Positions 12,739-30,165 of a stretch of DNA of 64,000 nt are shown one piece after another. Made by a program: the position numbers and the translations under genes. The DNA is from the human T2T-CHM13v2.0 reference genome, Homo sapiens: the NCBI RefSeq assembly GCF_009914755.1, contig NC_060947.1. One strand, 5' to 3'. Each line of letters opens with the position of its first letter. Position 1 is the stretch's first letter. The notes under the pieces were generated by a model. It saw only the letters and a program-made list of their open reading frames with translations, was not told the DNA's origin and did not search any database.

Positions 12739-15180
12739 CAGAAAATTTCAGGCCAATGTCCCTGAGAAACAGTGATGCAAAACTCCTCAATAAAATCTGG
12801 CAAACTGAATCCAGCAGCATATCAAAAATTTGTCCACCACAATCAAGTCAGCTTCATCCCTGGGATGCAAGGCTGGTTCAACATATGAAAATCAATAAAC
12901 GTAATCCACCACATAAACAGAACCAATGACAAAAACCACATGATTATCTCAATAGATGCAGAAAAGGCCTTCAATAAAATTCAAAACCCCTTCATGCTAA
13001 AAACTATCAATAAACTAGGTGTTGATGGGACATATCTCAAAATAATAAGAGCTATTTGTGACAAACCCACAGCCAATATCATACTGAATGGGCAAAAGCT
13101 AAAGAATTCCCTTTGAAATCCAGCACAAGACAAGGATGCCCTCTCTCACCACTCCTATTCAACATAGTTTTGGAAGTTCTTGCCAGGGCAATCAGGCAAG
13201 AGAAAGAAATAAAGTGTATTCAAATAGGAAGAGAGGAAGTCAAATTGTCTCTGTTTGCAGATGACATGATTGTATATTTAGAAAACCCCATCATCTCAGG
13301 CCAAAAACTCCTTAAGCTGATAAGCAACCTTAGCAATGTCTCAGGATACATAATCAATGTGCAAAAATCACAAGCATTCCTATACCTTAATAATAGATAA
13401 ACACAGAGCCAAATTATTAAACTCCCATTCCCAATTGCTACAAAGAAAATAAAATATTTAGGAATACAATTTACAAAGGATGTGAAGGAACTCTTCAAGG
13501 AGAACTACAAACCACTGCTCAAGGAAATAAGAGAGGACACAAAAAAATAGAAAAATTTTCTATGCTTATGGATAGGAAGAATCAATATCGTGAAAATGGC
13601 CATACTGCCCAAAGTAATTTATAGAATCAGTGCTATCCCCTTCAAGTGACCATTGACTTTCTTCACAGAATTAGAAGAAACTACTTTAAATTTCATATGG
13701 AACCAAAAAGAGCCCATAAAGCCAAGGCAATTCTAAGCAAAAAGAACAAAGCTAGAGGCATCACACTACCTGACTTCAAACTATACTACAAGGCTAATGT
13801 AACCAAAAGAGCATGGTACTGGTACCAAAACAGATATATAGACCAACGGAACAGAACAATGGCCTCAGAAATAATGCCACACATCTACAACCATCTGACC
13901 TTTGACAAACCTGACAAAAACAAGTAATGGGGAAAGGATTCCCTATTTAATAAATGGTGTTGGAAAAACTGGCTAGCCATATGCAGAAAACTGAAACTGG
14001 ACCCCTTCCTTACACCTTATAGAAAAATTAACTTAAGATGGATTAAAGACCTATACATAAGACCTAAAACCATAAAAACTCTAGAAGAAAACTTAGCCAA
14101 TACTAGTCAGGACATAGACATGGACAAAGACTTTATGACTAAAATCCCAAAGCAATGGCAACAAATGCCAAAATTGACAAATGAAGTCTAAGTAAACTAA
14201 AGAGCTTCTGCACAGCAAAAGAAAATATAATCAGAGTAAGCAGGCAACCTACAGAATGGGAGAAAAATCTCTGCAATCTGTCCATCTGACAAAGGGCTTA
14301 GATTCAGAATCCGCAAGAAACTTAAACAAATTTACACGAAGAAAACAACCCCATAAAAAGTGGATGAAGGATATGAACAGACACTTCTCAAAAGAAAACA
14401 TTTATGCATTCAACAAACATATGAAAAAAGCTCATCATCACTACTCATTAGAGAAATGCAAATCAAAACCACAATGATATACCGTCTCATGCCATTTAGA
14501 ATGGCAATCGTTACAAAATCAGGAAAAAACAGATGATGGAGAGGATGTGGAGAAATAAGAATGCTTTTACACTGTTGGTGGGAGTGTAAATTAGTTTAAC
14601 CATTGTGGAAGACAGTGTGGCAATTTCTCAAGGATCTAGAACCAGAAATACCATTTGACCCAGTAATCCCATTACTGGGTATATACCCAAAGAATTGTAA
14701 ATCATTCTCCTGTAAAGACACAGGCACACTTACGTTTATTGCAGCACTATTCACAATATCAAGACTTGGAACCAACCGAAATGCCCATCAATGATAGACC
14801 GGATAAAGAAAATGTGGCAGATATATACCACGAAATACTATGCAGCCGTAAATATGGATGAGTTTATGTCCTTTGCAGGGACATAGATGAAGCTGAAAAC
14901 CATCATTCTCAGCAAACTGACATGGGAACAGAAAACTTCTGCATGTTCTCACTCATAAGTGGGAGTTGAACAATGAGACATTGACACAGGGAGGGGAACG
15001 CCACACACCAGGACCTGTTAGGGGGTTGGGGGTTAGGGTAGGGGTAGCATTAGGAGAAATACTTAACGTAGATGACAGGTTTATGGATGCAACAAACCAT
15101 TATGGCCCATGTATACCTGTGTAACAAACCTGCAAATTCTGCACATGTATCTAAAAACTTAAAGTATAATTTTAAAAAAA

Positions 15181-17569
15181 AAGATTTGCTTGTACCCTAA
15201 TATAAACTCTGCCTTTGAGAGTGAGCTATGCGCTGAAGAAAGGAATTTGTAATATGCAGCCATTGGGTTAAATATTCTGTAAAGTTCTATTACATCTACT
15301 TGGTCTACAGTGCAGATTAGTTCAATGTTTTTCTTTGTTGATTTTCTGTGTGGAAGATCTGTCCAGTGCTGAAAGTGAGATGTTGAAGCCTCCAGCTAGT
15401 ATTGTATTAGGATCCATCTCTCTCTTTAGTTGTAATAATATGTGCTTTATATACTAGGTGTTCCACTTTTAGGTGCATGTATATTCAAAATTGCTATAAC
15501 CTCTTGCTGCATTGACCCGTTTATCATTATATAGAGACCCTCTTTGTCTCTTCTTATAGTTTTTGTCTTGATATCTATTTTGTCTAATATAAGTATAGCT
15601 ACTCCTGCTCTTTTTGGTTTCCATTGCCATGAACTATATTTTTCCTTCCCAATAAAGGGAATTTAGTATAAATTTATCTTTATAGGTGAAGCTTTTTTCT
15701 TATAAGCAGCAGATCAATGGGTGTTGTATTTAATGCACTCAGCACCCTATGTGTTTTGATTGGAGTGTTTAGTTCATTTACATTCAATATTATTATTGAT
15801 AAGTAATTACTTACTTCTGGCATTGTGTTGTTTTCTGATTGCTTGGTAATTTTCTATTCCACTTTCTTTTCTACCTGCCTCATGAAGGTGATTTTCTCTG
15901 GTGATGCAATTGAGTTTCTTTCTTTTTATTTGTTTGTGTATCTATTGTATGTTTTTTGGTTTGAGGTTACCATGAGACTTGAGAATACCATCACATAACC
16001 TGATATTTTAAGCTGACAACAACTTAACATTGTTTGCATAAACAAACAAGGAAGCAACAAAAAACTAATAAAGATTCTATGCCTTGACTTTGTTGCCTTG
16101 CTCTTTAACTTTTCATTATTTCTATTTTAAACAATTATAGATTTTCTATAATTATTATTTTTAATTGATTTATCATTTACCCTTTCTACTGAAGATAAGG
16201 GTAGCTTATGCATTATATTTACAGTGTTATAATATTCTGTTTATCTGTGTACTTACTATTACCATTTTCTGTGTTTTTGCTCTTACTTTATGTGTGGAAG
16301 ATCTGTTCAATGCTGAAAGTGCAGTTTTGAATTTTCCAGCTATTATTGTAGTGAGGTCTATCTCTCTCTTTAGCTCTAATAATATTTGCTTTATATATCT
16401 GGGTGCTCCATTGTTGGGTGCATATATATTAAAAATTCTTATATACTCTTTCTGTATTGACCCTCTTATTACTATATGGTAACTTTTTTTGCCTCTTTTT
16501 ATAGCTTTCATCTTGAAATCTGTTTTGTCTGATATAAGTATAGCTACTCCTTTTTCTGGTTTCTGTTTGCATGGAATATCTTCTGCCATCAGTGTGTTTT
16601 GTACCTACAGATGATTTATTATTACTCATTAATGTTCTTTTCTTTCTGACTAAAGTACACTCTTTAGCATTTTTTGTAGAATAGGTCTCGTGTTGAAAAA
16701 TATTCTAATGTTTTTTATTTGTCTGGAAATGTCTTTCTTTCTCCTTCATGTTAAAAGAAAATTTTGCTGCATATATATACCTTACAATGCTAGGGTAATT
16801 TTTTTTCAGCACTTTACATATGTAATACTACTCTCTCCCAGCCTGTAATGTCTCCATTGAACAGTCAGCTGCTAGACTTATTGGAGCTCCATTGTGTCTT
16901 ATTTGTTTCTTTTCTCCTTCTGTTAGATTTTTTTATCCTTAATATTTGAGAGTTTACTTTCCAAATGCCCTGAGGTAAGCATCATTGGGTTAAATCTGCT
17001 TAGTGTTCTCTAGCCTTCTTATACTTGTATATTGATATCTTTCTTTAGGTTTGAGAAGTTCTCTATTATCATTGCGTATTGTAAACTTCCTAGCCCAATT
17101 ACTTCCTCTACCTCCTCGTTAAAGCCAATAACTCTTATATTTGCTATTTTGAGGCTATTTTCTAAATCCCGTAGGCTAGCTTCGTCATTGTTTGGTTTTG
17201 TTTCCTCATCTCTTTTTGCTGTGTATTTTCAGTTAGCCTCTCTTCCAGCTTAATATTTTTTTCTTCTGCTTGCTTGGCCAATTATGCAATTAAAAGACAC
17301 AGTGCAAATTATTATTTCAGTGAGCCAATTACATTTTTAAACTACAGAATTTGTGCTTATTTTTAATTATTTAAATTTTTTTGTTAAATTTACATGATAG
17401 TATTCTAAATTCCTTCTGTGTTTTATCTTGAACTTCTTTGCATTTCTTGAACACAGCTATTTTGGATTTTTTTTTTTTTTGAGAGATCACATATTTCTGT
17501 TTCTCCAAGATTGTTCCCTGGTGACTTATTTAGTTCATTTGGTGAGAACATGTTTTCCTGGATTGTCTT
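15181..17569 (-). mobile_element. Old L1MA-type host element, piece 2 (endonuclease region, long inter-ORF, ORF1)
   Basis: EN-domain homology at 15330-15790, an inter-ORF region, then ORF1 homology at about 16660-17560. TSDs of nested elements lie on both sides. Confidence 0.85.
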
Positions 17570-17942
17570 TTAAAAAGATTTGTGGTTTTTTTTTTTTAAT
17601 TTCAATAGATTTTGGGGAAACAGGTTATGTTTGGTTACAAGAATAAGTACTTTAGTGGTGATTTCTGAGATTTTAGTGCACCCATCACCTGAGCAGTGTA
17701 AAATCTACCCAGTGTGTAGTCTTTTAACTCTTGCCACCCCCAAACTTTACCCCAGGTACCCAAAGATTAATGTATTATTCTTATGCCTTTGCATTCTCAT
17801 TGCTTAGCTCCCACATATTAGGGAGAACAAACTGTGTTTGGTTTTCCATTCATAGTCACTTCACTTAGACTAATAGTCTCCAATTCCATCCAGGTTGCTG
17901 CAAATGCCATTATTTTATTTCTTCTTATGGCTGAGTAGTATT

Positions 17943-18077
17943 CATATGTATATATATTTGGTTCCATATTTAGCAGTATATATATATATATATACACACA
18001 CATATATACATATATACACATATATATACACATATATATAATATATAAACATACGTATATATACACATATATATATG
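17943..18077. repeat. (TA)/(CATA)n low-complexity repeat in the L1PB 3' region
   Basis: Direct reading of the sequence. Confidence 0.9.
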
Positions 18078-18822
18078 TTCCATATTTTTGCAATCGCAAA
18101 TTGTGCTGCTATAACATGTGTGTGCAAGTATCTTTTTGTATAATGACTTCCTTTCTCTGGGTAGATACCTAGTAGTGGGATTGTTGAATCAAATGGCAAA
18201 TCCACTTTTACTTCTTTAATAAATCTCTTCACTGTTTTTCATAAGAGTTTACTAGTTTACATTCCCACCAACAATATAAAAGTGTTTCATTTTCACTGCA
18301 TCCTTGCCAACATCTGTTATTTTTTGATTTTTTGATTATGGCCATTCCTGCAGGAGTGAGATGGTATTGCATTGTGGAGTTGATTTACATTTCTCTGATC
18401 ATTAGTGACGTTGAGCATTTTTTTCGTATGCTTTTCGGCCATTTGTATATCTTCTTTTGAGACTTCCCTATTAATGTCCTTAGCCCACTTTTTGATGGGA
18501 TTGTTTTGTTTTCTTGTTGATATGTTTGAGATCTTTGTAGGTTCTAAATATTAGTCCTTTGTTGGAAGTATACATTATGAAAATTTTCTCCCACTCTGTG
18601 GGTTGTCTGTTTACTCTGCTGATTATTTCTTTTGTTGTGCAGAAGATTTTTCGTTTATTTAAGTCCCATCTATTTATTTATTTATTTTTTGTTTGCATTT
18701 GCTTTTGGGTTTTGGTCGTGATGTCTTTGCACAAGCTAATTTCTAGAAGGATTTTTCTGATGTTATTTTCTAGAATGTTTATGGTTTCGGGTCTTAGATT
18801 TATGTCTTTAATCCATCTTGAG

Positions 18823-20357
<1,535 letters not shown>

Positions 20358-22866
20358 TTTTTGTATGAGATGAGAGATGAGATCCAGTTTTACTTTTCTA
20401 CATGTGGCTTGTCAATTATCACAGTACCATTTGTTGTATAAGGTGCTCTTTCCCCACTTAATGTTTTTGCTTGCTTTGTCAAAGATCACTTGGATATATG
20501 TATTTAAGTTTATTTCTGTGTTCTTTATTCTCTTACATTGGTCTACGTGCCTATTTTTAAACCAGTACATGCCATTTTGGTGACTATGCCCTCATAGTAT
20601 AGTTTGAAATCTGGTAATGCTATGCCTCGAGATTTGTTCTTTTTGCTTAGTCTTGCCTTGGCTATGCGGATTCATTTTTAGTTTCATATGTATTTTAAGA
20701 TTTTTTTTTCTAGTTCTGTAAAGAATGATTATGATATTTTGATGGGAATTGCATTGAATTTGTAGATTGCTTTTGACAGAATGATCGTTTTTATTATATT
20801 CATTTACCCATCTATGAGCATTGGATGTGTTTCCATTTATTTTTGTCCTCTCTGACTTCTTTTGGCAATGTTAGTTTCCCTTCTGAAGGTGGTTCCCTTC
20901 CTTGATTAGGTATATTTGTAAGGATTTAATTTTTTTGCAGCTATTATGAAAGGGGTTGAGTTCTTGATATAATACTCAGCTTGGTTGCTGTGGGTGTGTA
21001 GCAGAGCTATACACTGATTTGTGTACATTAATTTTTCTTATCCTGAGACTTTGTTGAATTCATTTACCAGTTTTGGGAGCCTTTTGGACAAGTCTTTAGG
21101 GTTTTCTAGGTACACAATCATGTCATCAGCAAACAGTGACAGTTTGAATTCCTCTTTACCAATTTGGATTCCCTTAATTTTTTTCTCTTGTCTGATTGCT
21201 CTGGTTAGGAATTCCAGCATCATATTGAATATAAGTGGTAAAATTTAGCATCCTTGTCTTCTTCCAGTTTTTAGGGGGAATGCTTTCAACTTTTCCCCAT
21301 TCAGTATAATGTTGGCTATGAGTTTTTCTTTCTTTTTTTTTAGTTGGTTTCTTTTTCTTGTTTTTAAATTATACTTTAAGTTCTAGGGTACATGTGCACA
21401 ACGTGCAGGTTTGTTACATATGTATACATGTGCCATGTTGGTGTGCTGCACCCATTAACTTATCATTTACATTAGGTATGTCTCCTAATGCTATCCCTCC
21501 CCACTCTCCCCAACCCACAACAGTCCCCAGTGTGTGATGTTCCTTTTCCTGTGTCCAAGTGTTCTCATTTTTCAATTCCCACCTATGAGTGAGAACATGC
21601 AGTGTTTGGTTTTCTGTCCTTGTGATAGTTTGCTGAGAATAATGGTTTCCAGCTTCATCCATGTCCCTACAAAGGACATGAGCTCATCCTTTTTTATGGC
21701 TGCATAGTATTCCATGGTGTATATGTGCCACATTTTCTTCATCCAATCTATCATAGCTGGACATTTGGGTTGCTTCCAACTCTTTGCTATTGTGAATAGT
21801 GCCACAATAAACATACGTGTGCATGTGTCTTTATAGCAGCATGATTTATAATCCTGTGGGTATATACCTAGTAACGGGATGGCTGGGTCAAATGGTATTT
21901 CTAGTTCTAGATCCTTGAGGAATCACCACACTGTCTTCCCCAATGGTTGAACTAGTTTACAGTCCCACCAACAGTGTAAAAACATTCCTATTTCTCCACA
22001 TCCTCTCCAGCACCTGTTGTTTCCTGACTTTTTAATGATTGCCATTCTAACTGGTGTGAGATGGTATCTCATTGTGGTTTTGATTTGCATTTCTCTGATG
22101 GCCAGTGATGATGAGCATTTTTTCACGTGTCTTTTGGCTGCATAAATGTATTCTTTTGAGAAGTGTCTGTTCATATCCTTCGCCCAGTTTTTGATGTTTT
22201 TTTTTTTGTTTTTTTCTTGTAAATTTGTTTGAGTTTTTGGAGATTCTGGATATTAGCCCTTTGTCAGCTGAGTAGATTGCAAAAATTTTCTCCCATTTCT
22301 CCCATTCTGTTCACTCTGATGGTAGTTTCCTTTGCTGTGCAGAAGCTCTTTAGTTTAATTAGATCCCATTTGTCAATTTTGGCTTTTGTTGCCATTGCTT
22401 TTGGTGTTTTAGTCATGAAGTCCTTGCCCATGACTATATCCTGAATGGTATTGCCTAGGTTTTCTTCTAGGGTTTTTATGGTTTTAGGTCTAACATTTAA
22501 GTCTTTAATCCATCTCGTATTAATTTTTGTATAGGGTGCAAGGAAGGGATCCATTTTCAGCTTTCCACATGTGGCTAGCCAATTTTCCCAGCACCATTTA
22601 TTAAATAGGGAAACCTTTCCCCATTGCTTGTTTTTCTCAGGTTTGTCAAAGATCAGATGGTTGTAGATGTGTGGTATTACTTCTGTTGGCTCTGTTCTGT
22701 TCCACTGGTCTATATCTCTGTTTTTGGTAGCAGTACCATGCTGTTTTGGTTACTGTAGCCTTGTAGTATAATTTGAAGTCAGGTAGCCTGATACCTCCAG
22801 CTTGGTTCTTTTGGCTTAGGATTGTCTTGGCAATGTGGGCTGTTTTTTGGTTCCATATGAACTTTA

Positions 22867-24397
<1,531 letters not shown>

Positions 24398-26054
24398 TAT
24401 GATGTTAGCTGGTTATTTTTCTCGTTAGTTGATGCAGTTTCTTCCTGGCATCAATGGAATTTACAATTTGTCATGTTTTGCAGTGGCTGGTATCAGTTGT
24501 TCCTTTCTATGTTTATAGTGCTTCCTTCAGGAGCTCTTTTAGGGCAGGCCTGGTGGTGACAAAATCTCTGAGCATTTGCTTTTTTGTGAAGGATTTTATT
24601 TCTCCTTCACTTATGAAGCTTAGTTTGGCTGGATATGAAATTCTGGTTTGAAAATTATTTTCTTTAAGAATGCTGAATATTGGCCCCCCACTCTCTTCTG
24701 GCTTGTAGAGTTTCTGCCAAGAGATCAGCTGTTAGTCTGATGGGCTTCCCTTTGTGGGTAACCCGACCTTTCTCTCTGGCTGCCCTTAACATTTTTTCCT
24801 TCATTTCAACTTCGGTGAATCTGATAATTATGTGTCTTGGAGTTGCTCTTCTCGAGGATAATCTTTGTGGCATTCTCTGTATTTCCCAAATTTGAATGTC
24901 TGCCTGCCTTGCTAGATTGGGGAAGTTCTCCTGGATAATATCCTGCAGAGTGTTTTCCAACTTGGTTCCATTCTCCCCGTCACTTTCAGGTGCACCAATC
25001 AGACGTAGATTTGGTCTTTTCACATAGTCCCATATTTCTTGGAGGTTTTGTTCATTTCTTTTTACTCTTTTTTCTCTAAGCTTCTCTACTTGCTTCATTT
25101 CATTCATTTGATCTTCCATCACCGATACCCTTTCTTACAGTTGATTGAATCAGTTACTGAAGCTTGTGCATTTTTCACGTAGTTCTCGTGCCATGGTTTT
25201 CAGCTCCATCAAGTCATTTAAGGAGTTGTCTACACTAGTTATTCTAGTTAGCCATTCATCTAATCTTTTTTCAAGGTTTTTAGCTTCTTTGCAATGGGTT
25301 CAAACTTCCTTCTTTAGCTCAGAGAAGTTTGATCGTCTGAAGCCTTCTTCTCTCAACTCATCAAAGTCATTCCCCGTCCAGCTTTGTTCTGATGCTGGCA
25401 AGGAGCTGCGTTCCTTTGGAGGGGGAGAGGTGCTCTGATTTTTAGATTTTTCAGCTTTCCTTCTCTGTTTTTTCCCCATCTTTGTTGTTTTATCTACCTT
25501 TGGTCTTTGATGATGGTGACGTACAGATGGGGTTTTGGTGTGAACGTCCTTTCTGTTTGTTATTTTTCCTTCTAACAGTCAGGACCCTCAGCTGCAGGTA
25601 TGTTGGAGGTTGCTAGAGGTCCACTGAAGACCCTGTTTGCCTGGGTATCAGCAACAGAATCTGTAGAACAGCGATTATTGTTGAACAGCAAATGTTGCTG
25701 CCTGATTGTTCCTCTGGAATCTTCATCTCAGAGGGGTACCTGGCTGTGTGAGGTGTCAGTCTGCCCCTACTGGGGTGTCCCTCCCAGTTAGGCTACTTGG
25801 GGGTCAGGCACCCACTTGAGGAGGCAGTCTGTCCGTTCTCAGATCTCAAACTCCATGTTGGGAGAACCACTACTCTCTTCAAAACCATGAGACAGGGCAC
25901 ATTTAAGTCTGCAGAGGTTTCTGCTGCCTTTTGTTCAGCTATACTCTGCCCCCAGAGGTTGAGTCTACAGAGGCAGCATGGCCTCCTTGAGCTGTGGTGG
26001 GCTCCACCCAGTTCGAGCTTCCTGGCTGCTTTGTTTACCTACTCAAGCCTCACA

Positions 26055-26270
26055 ATGGCGGGAACACCTCCCCCAGCCTCGCTGCCACCTTGCAGTTAGA
26101 TCTCAGATTGCTGTGCTAGCAATGAGTGAGGCTCCATGTGCGTGGGACCCTCCAAGCCAGGCACAGGATATAATCTCCTGGTATGCCATTTCCTGAGACC
26201 ATTGGAAAAGTGCAGTATTAGGGTGGGAGTGTCCCAATTTTCTAGGTGTTGTCTCTCATGGCTTTCCATG
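26055..26270 (+). pseudogene. L1 ORF0 remnant with premature stops
   Basis: MAGTPPPASLPPCS* (TAG at 26097-26099). The frame continues ...VGPSKPGTGYNLLVCHFLRPLEKCSIRVGVSQFSRC, matching ORF0. Confidence 0.85.
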
Positions 26271-27672
26271 GCTAGGAAAGGGAATTCCCTGACCCCTTGT
26301 TCTTCCTGGGTGAGGAGATGCCTTGCCCTGCTTCGGCTCTTACTCCGTGGGCTGCCCCCACTGTCCTGCACCCACTGTCCAACATGGCCCAGTGAGATGA
26401 ATGCAGTAACTCAGTTGGAAATGCAGAAACCACCCGTCTTCTACATCACTCATGCTGGGAGCTGTAGACTGGAGCTGTTCCGATTCAGCCATCTTGGAAC
26501 TGCCCCCTTGGCTGTGGGTTTTTGAAAGATGGCATTTATTACCTTAATGTATGTCCCCTCTATGCTGATTTTGCTGAGGGTTTTAATTATGGAAAGATGC
26601 TGCATTTTGTCAAATGCTTTTTTGTGTGTCTATTGAGATCATCATGTGATTTTTGTTTTCAATTCTCTTTATGTGGTGTATCACATTTATTGACTTACAT
26701 ATGTCAAACCAACCCTGCATCACTGGTATAAAACCCACTTGATCATGGTGGATTATTTTTTTGATATACTGTTGTATTCAATTCACTAGCATTTCATTGA
26801 AAATTTTTGCATTTATGTTTATTAGAGATATTGGTCTGCAGTTGTCTTTTTTTATTATGTCCTTTTCTGGTTTTGGCAGTAGGGTAATATTGGCTTCATA
26901 GAATGATTTGGGAAGGATTTCCTATCTCTAAATCATGTGGAACAGTGTCACTGAGATTGGTACCAATTTTTCTTTGAACGTCTGACAGATTTCGACTTTG
27001 AACCCTTCTGGTCTTAAACTTTATTTTTGTTGTTGACAGTTTTCTAAAAACAATTCAATTTGCTGCTTGTTCATAAGTTTATATCTTCCTGGTTTAATCT
27101 GGAAGGGTTGTATATTTCCTGAAATTCATCCATCCTCTCTAGGTTTTCTAATTTGTGTGCATAAATGTGTTTTTAGTAGCCTTGAGTAATCTTTTGTGTT
27201 TCTGTGGTGTCAGTTGTAATATCTCCTATTTTATTTCTAATTTAGCTTATTTGGATCTGCTCTCTTCTTTTCTTTGTTTATCTCACTAATGGTCTATCAA
27301 TTTCATTTATCTTTTCAAAGAACCAGCTTTTTGTTTCATTTATTTTTTTGTGGATTTTTTGGTTTCAATTTCATTTTATTCTGCTGTGATCTTGGTTATT
27401 TTTTTTTCTTTTCCACTGGATTTGTGTTTCGTTTATTCTTGTTTTGCCAGCTCTGTAAGGGGTGACCTTAGATTGTCTGTTTCTGCTCTTTCAGACATTT
27501 TGATGTAGGTGCTTAATGTTATGAACTTTCCACTTAACATTGATTTTGCTGTATCCCAGAGGTTTTGATAAATTGTGCCACTATTATCATTTAGTTTAAA
27601 GATTTTTTAAATTTTCATCTTGATTTCATTGTTGACCTAATGATTATTCATATGCAGGTTATTAAATTTTGA

Positions 27673-28009
<337 letters not shown>

Positions 28010-30165
28010 TGGAGTTGATTTTTAATTTTATTTGACTGTGGTCTGAGAGAGTATTTGTTATACTTTTGATTTTTTAAATTTCTCTCTGACATAGTCTACC
28101 CAAATGAGAAGCAACCATTTATATAGTCTATTTTGGAGAATATTGCATGTGCTGAGGGATAAAATGTATATTCTGCAATTTCTTGGTAGAATGTTCTGTA
28201 AATATCTGTTAAGTCCCTTGTTCTAGAAAATAGTTTAAGTCCATTGTTTCTTTTTTTACTTTCTCTCTTTATGACATGGCTAGTGCTGTCAGTGGAGTAT
28301 TAAAGCTCCTCAGTATTATTGTGCTGCCCAAGTTTCATTTCTTAGGTCTAGTAGTAAGTGTTTTGTAAATTTGTGAGCTCCTGTGTTAGATGCATATATA
28401 TTTAGAATTGTGATATATTTTCCTGTTGGACAAGTCTTTTTGTCATTATATAATGTCCCTCTTTGTCTGTTTTTTAACTGCTGTAGCTTTAAAGGTTGTT
28501 TCATCTGATAAAAGAATAGCTACTCCTGCTCACTTTTGGTGTCCATTTGCATAGAATATCTTGTTCTACCTATTTACCTTAAGTTTATATGAGTCCTTTT
28601 GTGTTATACGAGTCTCTTGAAAACAGCAGAAACTTGGTTGGTGAATTATTATCCATTCTTCCATTTTGTATCATTAAGTGGAGCATTTAGGCCATTTACA
28701 TTCAATGTTAGTATTGAGATGTGAGGCAATATTCTATTCATTATGCTATTTTTCTGTGTTATTGTTATAAGTCCTGTGAGATTTGTAATTTAAGGAGATT
28801 CTATTTTGGTTTATTTTGAGGATTTGTTTAAAAATTTAGAGCTCCTTTTAGCAGTTTTGTAGTGCTGGCTTGGTAGTGGTGAATGCTGTCAGCATTTGTT
28901 TTTCTTAAAAAAAACTATATTTTTCTTTCATTTATGAAGCTTAGTTTTGCTGGATACTATATTCTGGGCTGATAATTTAGTTTTGTTGAGGAGGCTAAAA
29001 ATAGGACTCCAATTCCTTCTACTTGTAAGTTTTCTGCTGAGAAATCTGTGTTAATCTGATTGGTTTTCTTTTATAGGCTACCTGATGCTTTTGCCTCTTA
29101 AGATTTTTTTCGTGGTTTTGAGTTTAGATAACCTGGTGACTATGTGCCTAGTTGATGATCTTCCTATAATGAATTCCCCAGGTGTTCTCTGAGCTTCTTG
29201 TGTTAGGTTGTCTAGATCTCTAGCAAGATGGCAGAAGTTTTATTTTTTTATTATTCCCCCAATATATTTTTAAAATTTTAGATTTTTCTTCTTCCTTGGG
29301 AACAAAAATTATTCTTAGGTTTTAACATAGCCCAAAATTTCTTGGAGGCTTTGCTCATTTTTGTACTTTTTTTTTCTTTGTCAGATTGAGTTAATTTGAA
29401 AGCCTTGTCTTTGAGCTCCAAGGTTTTTCTTTTGCTTGTTCAATTCTATTGCTGAGAATTACCAGTGCATTTGGCATTTTTTGTGTGTTCCTGATATTCA
29501 GAAGTTTTGATGGCTTTTTATTTATGATCTATATTTCACTAAGAATTTTCTTTTTATATTCTGTATCATGTCTTTTGATTTCTTTAAGTTGGACTTCACC
29601 TTTGTCTGGCCCCTCCTTTATTAGCTTAATAATTGACCATCTCTATTCATTTCCTGGCAATTCAGTTATTTTATCGTGGTTTGGATCTATTACTGGTGAG
29701 CTTGTATAATCTTTTGGAGGTGTTAAAAAACCTTGTTTTGTAATATTACCAGTACTGTTTTCCTGGATCCTTCTCATTTGGGTAGACTATGTCAAAGAGA
29801 AGATTTAGGATTCAGGCCCTGCTGTTCAGATTCTTTTGTGCTCCCTTGATTTGGTGTTCTTCCCCTTCCCCTAGAAATGGGGTTTCCTGAGAGCCATACT
29901 GCAGGGATTGTTTTTGCTCTTCTGGGTCTAGACACCCAGCAGAGCTACTGGGCTCCAGGCTGATAATATGGAGTGTCTGCAAAGAGTCCTGTGATGTGAT
30001 CTGTCTTCAGGTCTTGCAGCTGTGAATACCAGCATCTGCTCCAGTGGACTTCTCAGGGAAGTGAAGTGGACTCTGTGAGGGTCATTGGTTGTGATTTTGT
30101 TTATTGTACCGGTTTTGTGTTGGTTGGCCTCCAGCCAAAAAGTGGCACTTTCAAGAGTGCATTAG

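Larger units (their letters stand above)
8735..15180 (+). mobile_element. Full-length LINE-1, L1PA7/8-like, decayed
   Basis: 5' end gggctggcaagatggctgaataag (YY1 site), ORF1 fragments 10210-11090, ORF2 fragments 11120-14970, then 3'UTR and an A tail. TSD aagacttgctt (8723-8733) / aagatttgctt (15181-15191) at a TT/AAGA site. Confidence 0.96.
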
